Shown piece by piece: positions 43,169 to 45,157 of a stretch of 45,157 bases of DNA. This DNA comes from Actinomycetota bacterium (lineage in GTDB: Bacteria; Actinomycetota; Actinomycetes; JBMOMH01): the NCBI GenBank assembly GCA_049323135.1, contig JBMOMH010000309.1:1-45157 (forward strand), written 5' to 3'. How positions within the stretch are numbered: the first letter of the stretch is position 1; the number at the start of each line of letters is the position of its first letter. The notes under the pieces were generated by a model. That model was not told the DNA's origin. It was given only the letters and a program-made list of their open reading frames with translations, and did not search any database. Made by a program: the position numbers and the translations under genes.

Positions 43169-45157
43169 GCGGCATGTCCAGCCCGGTGCGGTCGCAGCCG
43201 CGCAGCGCGTCGTGGACGGCGTTCACCACCGCTGGCGGGGTCCCGATGCAGCCGGACTCCCCCGCGCCCTTGGTGCCCAGCGGCACGTTGGGGTTCGGCG
43301 TCACCAGGGTGATGTCGCGGATGTCGGGCATCTCGCTTGCCGTGGGCACTGTGTAGTCCAGCAGCGTCGTCGTCACCGGGTTGCCGTCTGGGTCGTACCC
43401 GATGCCCTCGTACAGCGCCTGGCCCAGGCCCTGGGCCACGGACCCCAGGATCTGCCCCCGCACCACCGCCGGGTTGACCACGACACCGCAGTCGTCCACG
43501 GTGACCAGCCGCAGCACCCGCACCGCACCGGTACGGGTGTCCACCTCCACGACCGCGGCGTAGCAGCCGAAAGGGAACGCCTGCGGCGGGGCGAAGACCT
43601 GCTCCGCGGCGAGGCCGGCTCGGCCGTCCCCGTCGGCACCCGCGTCGCGGGCCAGCTCGGCCAGGGTCAGCCGGCGGCCGTCGCCGGCGTGGACGGCCCC
43701 GTCGGCGTACGTCAGTTCGGCGGCGGGCACCCCGAGGCGGGTCGCGGCGGCCGCGCACGCCTGGGCGCGCAGCTCCCGGGCGGCCAGGTAGGCGGCGTTG
43801 CCGCCGACCTGCATCGACCGGCTGCCGAACGCGCCGGTGCCCTCGGCGACCTGCGCGGTGTCCCCGACCAGAACCCGCACGTCGCCCGGTGCCACCTCCA
43901 GCGCCTCGGCGACCACCTGCGCGAACGGGGCGAGATGCCCCTGGCCCTGCGACGCCGTACCGACCCGGGCCACCACCCGGCCGTCCGGCGCGACCTCGAC
44001 CCGGGCGTACTCGCTGCTGCCGCTCTGCCCGCCGGACCGCTCCACCCACGACGCCAGGCCCACGCCGACCTGCCAGCGTGCCCCGGCGTCCCGGCGGCGC
44101 TGCTGCTCGCGTCGCCAGCCGGCGTAGTCGACCGCGTCCAGCGCAGCGCGCAGCGCGTCGGCGTACCGGCCGCTGTCGTAGACGGCCCCGGTGGGTGAGC
44201 GGTAGGGGAACGCCTCGGGCGGGAGCAGGTTGCGTTCCCGCAGCTCCGCCGGGTCCAGGCCCAGCCGCTCCGCGGCCAGGTCCACGACCCGCTCCAGCGC
44301 GTACGCCGCCTCCGGGCGGCCGGCTCCCCGGTAGGACGCGGTCGGCGTCGTCGTGGTGACGACGCTGTGGCTGCGCACGTGCAGCCGGGGGATCCGGTAG
44401 GGCCCGGACATCACCCAGGCGGTCATCTCCGGGATGAAGCCGCCGGTGTGCGGGTAGGCGCCAACGTCGGCCCAGATCTCCGCGTCCAGGGCGCGGAAGG
44501 TGCCGTCGCGGTCCAGGCCGAGCCGCACCCGGGTGGTCTGGCCGCGACCGTGGCTGCCGGCGACGAAGGCCTCGTGGCGGTCCTCCACCCAGCGCACCGG
44601 CCGGCCCAGGCGCAGCGCCGCGGCGACCACGACCAGGTACTCCGCCCACACCTGGCTCTTGGCGCCGAACGCGCCGCCGACCGAGGGCACCGCGACCCGG
44701 ACCCGGGCCGGGTCCAGCCCGAAGCTGCGGGCCAGCGCGGCGCGCAGCCGGTGCGGCGCCTGGTGGGAGCACCACACGGTGAGCCGGCCGCCCTTCTCCG
44801 GTACGGCGAGGACGGCCCGGCCCTCCAGGGACAGGGGGGCCAGCCGCTGGTTGCGTACCCACGTCTCCACCACCACCGGGCTCGCGGCCAGCTCGGCTTC
44901 GCAGGGCTGCCCCACCTCGTGCCGGCTGGCCACGTTCGAGGCCTCGTCGAAGAGCCGGGGGGCGTCCGGGGCGGCGCCGGCGCGGGCCTCCAGGACGGCC
45001 GGCAGCGGCGTGAGGTCGACGGTGACCGTCTCGGCGCCGTCCTCGGCGGCGTACCGGTCGGTGCCGAGCACCACGGCCACCGGCTCGCCGACGAAGCGGA
45101 CCTTCTCCCGGGCCAGCGCGGGCCGGGCCATGGCCGGCGGGACGGCCCCGCGCGGGG
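43086..45157 (-). CDS. xanthine dehydrogenase/CO dehydrogenase-family molybdopterin-binding large subunit; N-terminus outside window
   Basis: The frame is open to the window edge. Blocks VRFVGEPVAVV, VGGAFGAKS, YRGAGRPEA, GTGAFGSRS, GQILGSVAQGLGQALYE and GAGESGCIGTPPAVVNAV are typical of the aldehyde-oxidase/XDH a/b-hammerhead and Mo-binding domains. Confidence 0.85.
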   Translation of the reverse strand, partial: PRGAVPPAMARPALAREKVRFVGEPVAVVLGTDRYAAEDGAETVTVDLTPLPAVLEARAGAAPDAPRLFDEASNVASRHEVGQPCEAELAASPVVVETWVRNQRLAPLSLEGRAVLAVPEKGGRLTVWCSHQAPHRLRAALARSFGLDPARVRVAVPSVGGAFGAKSQVWAEYLVVVAAALRLGRPVRWVEDRHEAFVAGSHGRGQTTRVRLGLDRDGTFRALDAEIWADVGAYPHTGGFIPEMTAWVMSGPYRIPRLHVRSHSVVTTTTPTASYRGAGRPEAAYALERVVDLAAERLGLDPAELRERNLLPPEAFPYRSPTGAVYDSGRYADALRAALDAVDYAGWRREQQRRRDAGARWQVGVGLASWVERSGGQSGSSEYARVEVAPDGRVVARVGTASQGQGHLAPFAQVVAEALEVAPGDVRVLVGDTAQVAEGTGAFGSRSMQVGGNAAYLAARELRAQACAAAATRLGVPAAELTYADGAVHAGDGRRLTLAELARDAGADGDGRAGLAAEQVFAPPQAFPFGCYAAVVEVDTRTGAVRVLRLVTVDDCGVVVNPAVVRGQILGSVAQGLGQALYEGIGYDPDGNPVTTTLLDYTVPTASEMPDIRDITLVTPNPNVPLGTKGAGESGCIGTPPAVVNAVHDALRGCDRTGLDMPLTRRAVWEALQRATPTGPDRAARSGSG

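Noticed and set aside
1-45157. tRNA, rRNA or tmRNA genes
   Set aside because: I noticed no cloverleaf-type T-loop (GGTTCGAATCC-like) or rRNA-like conserved stretches on either strand during manual reading. tRNAscan or Infernal would be needed for certainty.

Overview
This is a very GC-rich, GC3-saturated 45-kb chromosomal window with codon usage typical of Actinomycetota. I count about 40 protein genes and recognised no rRNA, tRNA, CRISPR array, integrase or transposase.

**Core island (about 4.5-34.8 kb).** The core is a glycine-betaine / one-carbon catabolic island built from two divergently organised units, each with its own IclR-family regulator.

- **Minus-strand unit.** Gene order is iclR, corrinoid (B12-binding) protein, MetV-like Cys-rich protein, MetF-type methylene-THF reductase, pterin-binding methylcorrinoid:THF methyltransferase, RACo-type corrinoid reductive activase and DUF1638. 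After a 115-nt gap come a dimethylglycine-dehydrogenase-like FAD/GcvT fusion and etfB-etfA. A non-pyrrolysine MttB-family methyltransferase is transcribed divergently from iclR.
- **Plus-strand unit.** This is a roughly 15-kb tightly coupled operon: betaine-aldehyde-dehydrogenase-like gene, ProV-type ATPase, fused double permease, OpuAC-type lipoprotein, second dimethylglycine-oxidase paralog, CysK-family PLP enzyme, soxBDAG, folD and an ABM-family protein.
- **Between the units** lie purU and a PrmC-like methyltransferase.

**Flanks.**
- Left: a truncated HNH (DUF222-type) nuclease gene and a coupled gabD2-like / choD-like / O-methyltransferase trio.
- Right: guaA, a DoxX-like membrane protein and a formamidase-family protein with a CxxC..CxxC insert, followed by a ThiS/MoaD-like GG-terminated protein.
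- Next is a roughly 3.06-kb segment holding a decayed Zn-ADH pseudogene, a small ORF and an ABC-2 exporter. It is bracketed by a 37-nt direct duplication of the ThiS-like gene's 3' end.
- Last are a Xi-class GST (YqjG-like) and a truncated xanthine-dehydrogenase-family Mo subunit.

**Most interesting call.** A complete cobalamin-dependent MttB/corrinoid/THF methyltransferase module, normally discussed for anaerobes, replaces the missing canonical first demethylation step of glycine betaine. It sits in an otherwise oxidase/ETF-based, aerobic-looking pathway.

**Caveats.** CDS ends come from the supplied ORF track, and starts were re-derived by residue counting. Non-CDS coordinates were hand-indexed and may be off by 1-2 nt. 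No database search was possible, so all family calls rest on recognised motifs and remembered homologs.
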